From an uncultured Alphaproteobacteria bacterium (lineage in GTDB: Bacteria; Pseudomonadota; Alphaproteobacteria; Rhizobiales; Aestuariivirgaceae), in assembly GCA_963700935.1 (NCBI GenBank), contig CAVOZK010000023.1, positions 51,357 to 115,356 on the forward strand: a stretch of 64,000 bases of DNA, in the 5' to 3' direction. The translations under genes and the position numbers were made by a program. The first letter of the stretch is position 1. Every line of letters begins with the position of its first letter. This document shows, one piece after another, positions 63,189-64,000 of the stretch. Under the pieces are notes generated by a model that saw only the letters and a program-made list of their open reading frames with translations, was not told the origin of the DNA and ran no database searches.

Positions 63189-64000
63189 ATGACTGTACAC
63201 ATTGCCAACCCGGAAAGCGCGTTGCCTGCGCAGGTCCTGTCAAGCAGCGTGTGTGCAGGTCTGACCTGGCAACTTCATGACAGCATCGAACAGGCGGCGT
63301 CTGTCTGGCGCATGCTGGAGGACGCAAGCCAGCCGAAAATCTTCCAGACCTATGCCTGGGTCAGCACATGGTGGAACAGCCTCGGCGCAGCCGGAGACGC
63401 GCAGCCCCGCATTGTTGTCGGCCTGCTTGCCGGCAAACCGGTGGTGCTGGTTCCGCTGGCGGTTCGGCAGCGCTATGGCGTCCGTCAGCTGAGCTGGCTG
63501 GGCGGCAAGTGGAGCGACTACAATGCGCCGGTCTTCAGCGCAGAATTTGCAACCCTTGTGAGCAAGGCATCCGGCTCCTCTGCTGCCGGCCTACTGAAGC
63601 AGATATGGGCCGAAATTGCCGCGGCAGCAGGCAGCGCCGACTATATCGAACTGCCCCGGCACGCACCGGCAGTTAACGGCGGGGAGCCCAATCCGCTGTT
63701 TGACCCTGCCGCTCCGCTTGAGGACAACGCCGCCCACCTGCTCGATCTTTGCGGCAGCGAGCACGAGGTCATGGCGGCGCTGCACGGACCGAAGACGTGG
63801 AAAGGCTTCAGCCGCAAGGAGAAGAAGCTCGCGAGCCTTGGCAAGCTGGCCTTCACCGAGATGACCGACGGCATGCTCAAGGCGCGCACGATCGAACAGA
63901 TGCTGTTGTGGAAACGGCAGGAACTGCAGGAGCGTGGCGCCTCCAATCCGTTTACGTCAGCCGCCAACGTGGCTTTCCTGGCCAATGTGGCAAGGCAAGG
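63189..64000 (+). CDS. CelD/BcsL-like GNAT acetyltransferase (runs off the window end)
   Basis: Manual translation: FQTYAWVSTWW...LVPLAVRQRYGVRQLSWLGGKWSDYNAPV. GGGAG RBS. No stop seen before 64000. Confidence 0.75.
   Translation, partial: MTVHIANPESALPAQVLSSSVCAGLTWQLHDSIEQAASVWRMLEDASQPKIFQTYAWVSTWWNSLGAAGDAQPRIVVGLLAGKPVVLVPLAVRQRYGVRQLSWLGGKWSDYNAPVFSAEFATLVSKASGSSAAGLLKQIWAEIAAAAGSADYIELPRHAPAVNGGEPNPLFDPAAPLEDNAAHLLDLCGSEHEVMAALHGPKTWKGFSRKEKKLASLGKLAFTEMTDGMLKARTIEQMLLWKRQELQERGASNPFTSAANVAFLANVARQ

Overview
This GC-rich window reads as core chromosome of an alphaproteobacterium, probably Hyphomicrobiales and possibly marine (inferred from gene content and order). Housekeeping genes include gatB, uvrA, trmFO, yajC-secD-secF, nlpD-pcm-surE-serS-tatCBA-scpBA-nagZ, rhlE, metZ, lipA, pdhABC-lpdA, ftsB and eno, with small metabolic or envelope insertions between them. 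I found no rRNA, tRNA, CRISPR array, prophage or IS. At least 10 small frameshifts fall between about 31 and 56 kb, several in normally essential genes, and are most likely assembly errors. I see no clear large novel system. The best leads are: (1) a three-gene module of winged-HTH regulator, AlgE-like porin and NylB-like secreted hydrolase between gatB and uvrA; (2) tandem NrdR-like boxes 32 bp apart plus DnaA-like boxes upstream of scpAB; (3) CtrA-type boxes at ftsB, nlpD/dipM and an unannotated 85-aa membrane protein; (4) an iodotyrosine-deiodinase homolog near a haloacid dehalogenase; (5) an orphan HicA-like protein. All family calls come from motif recognition, not database searches.
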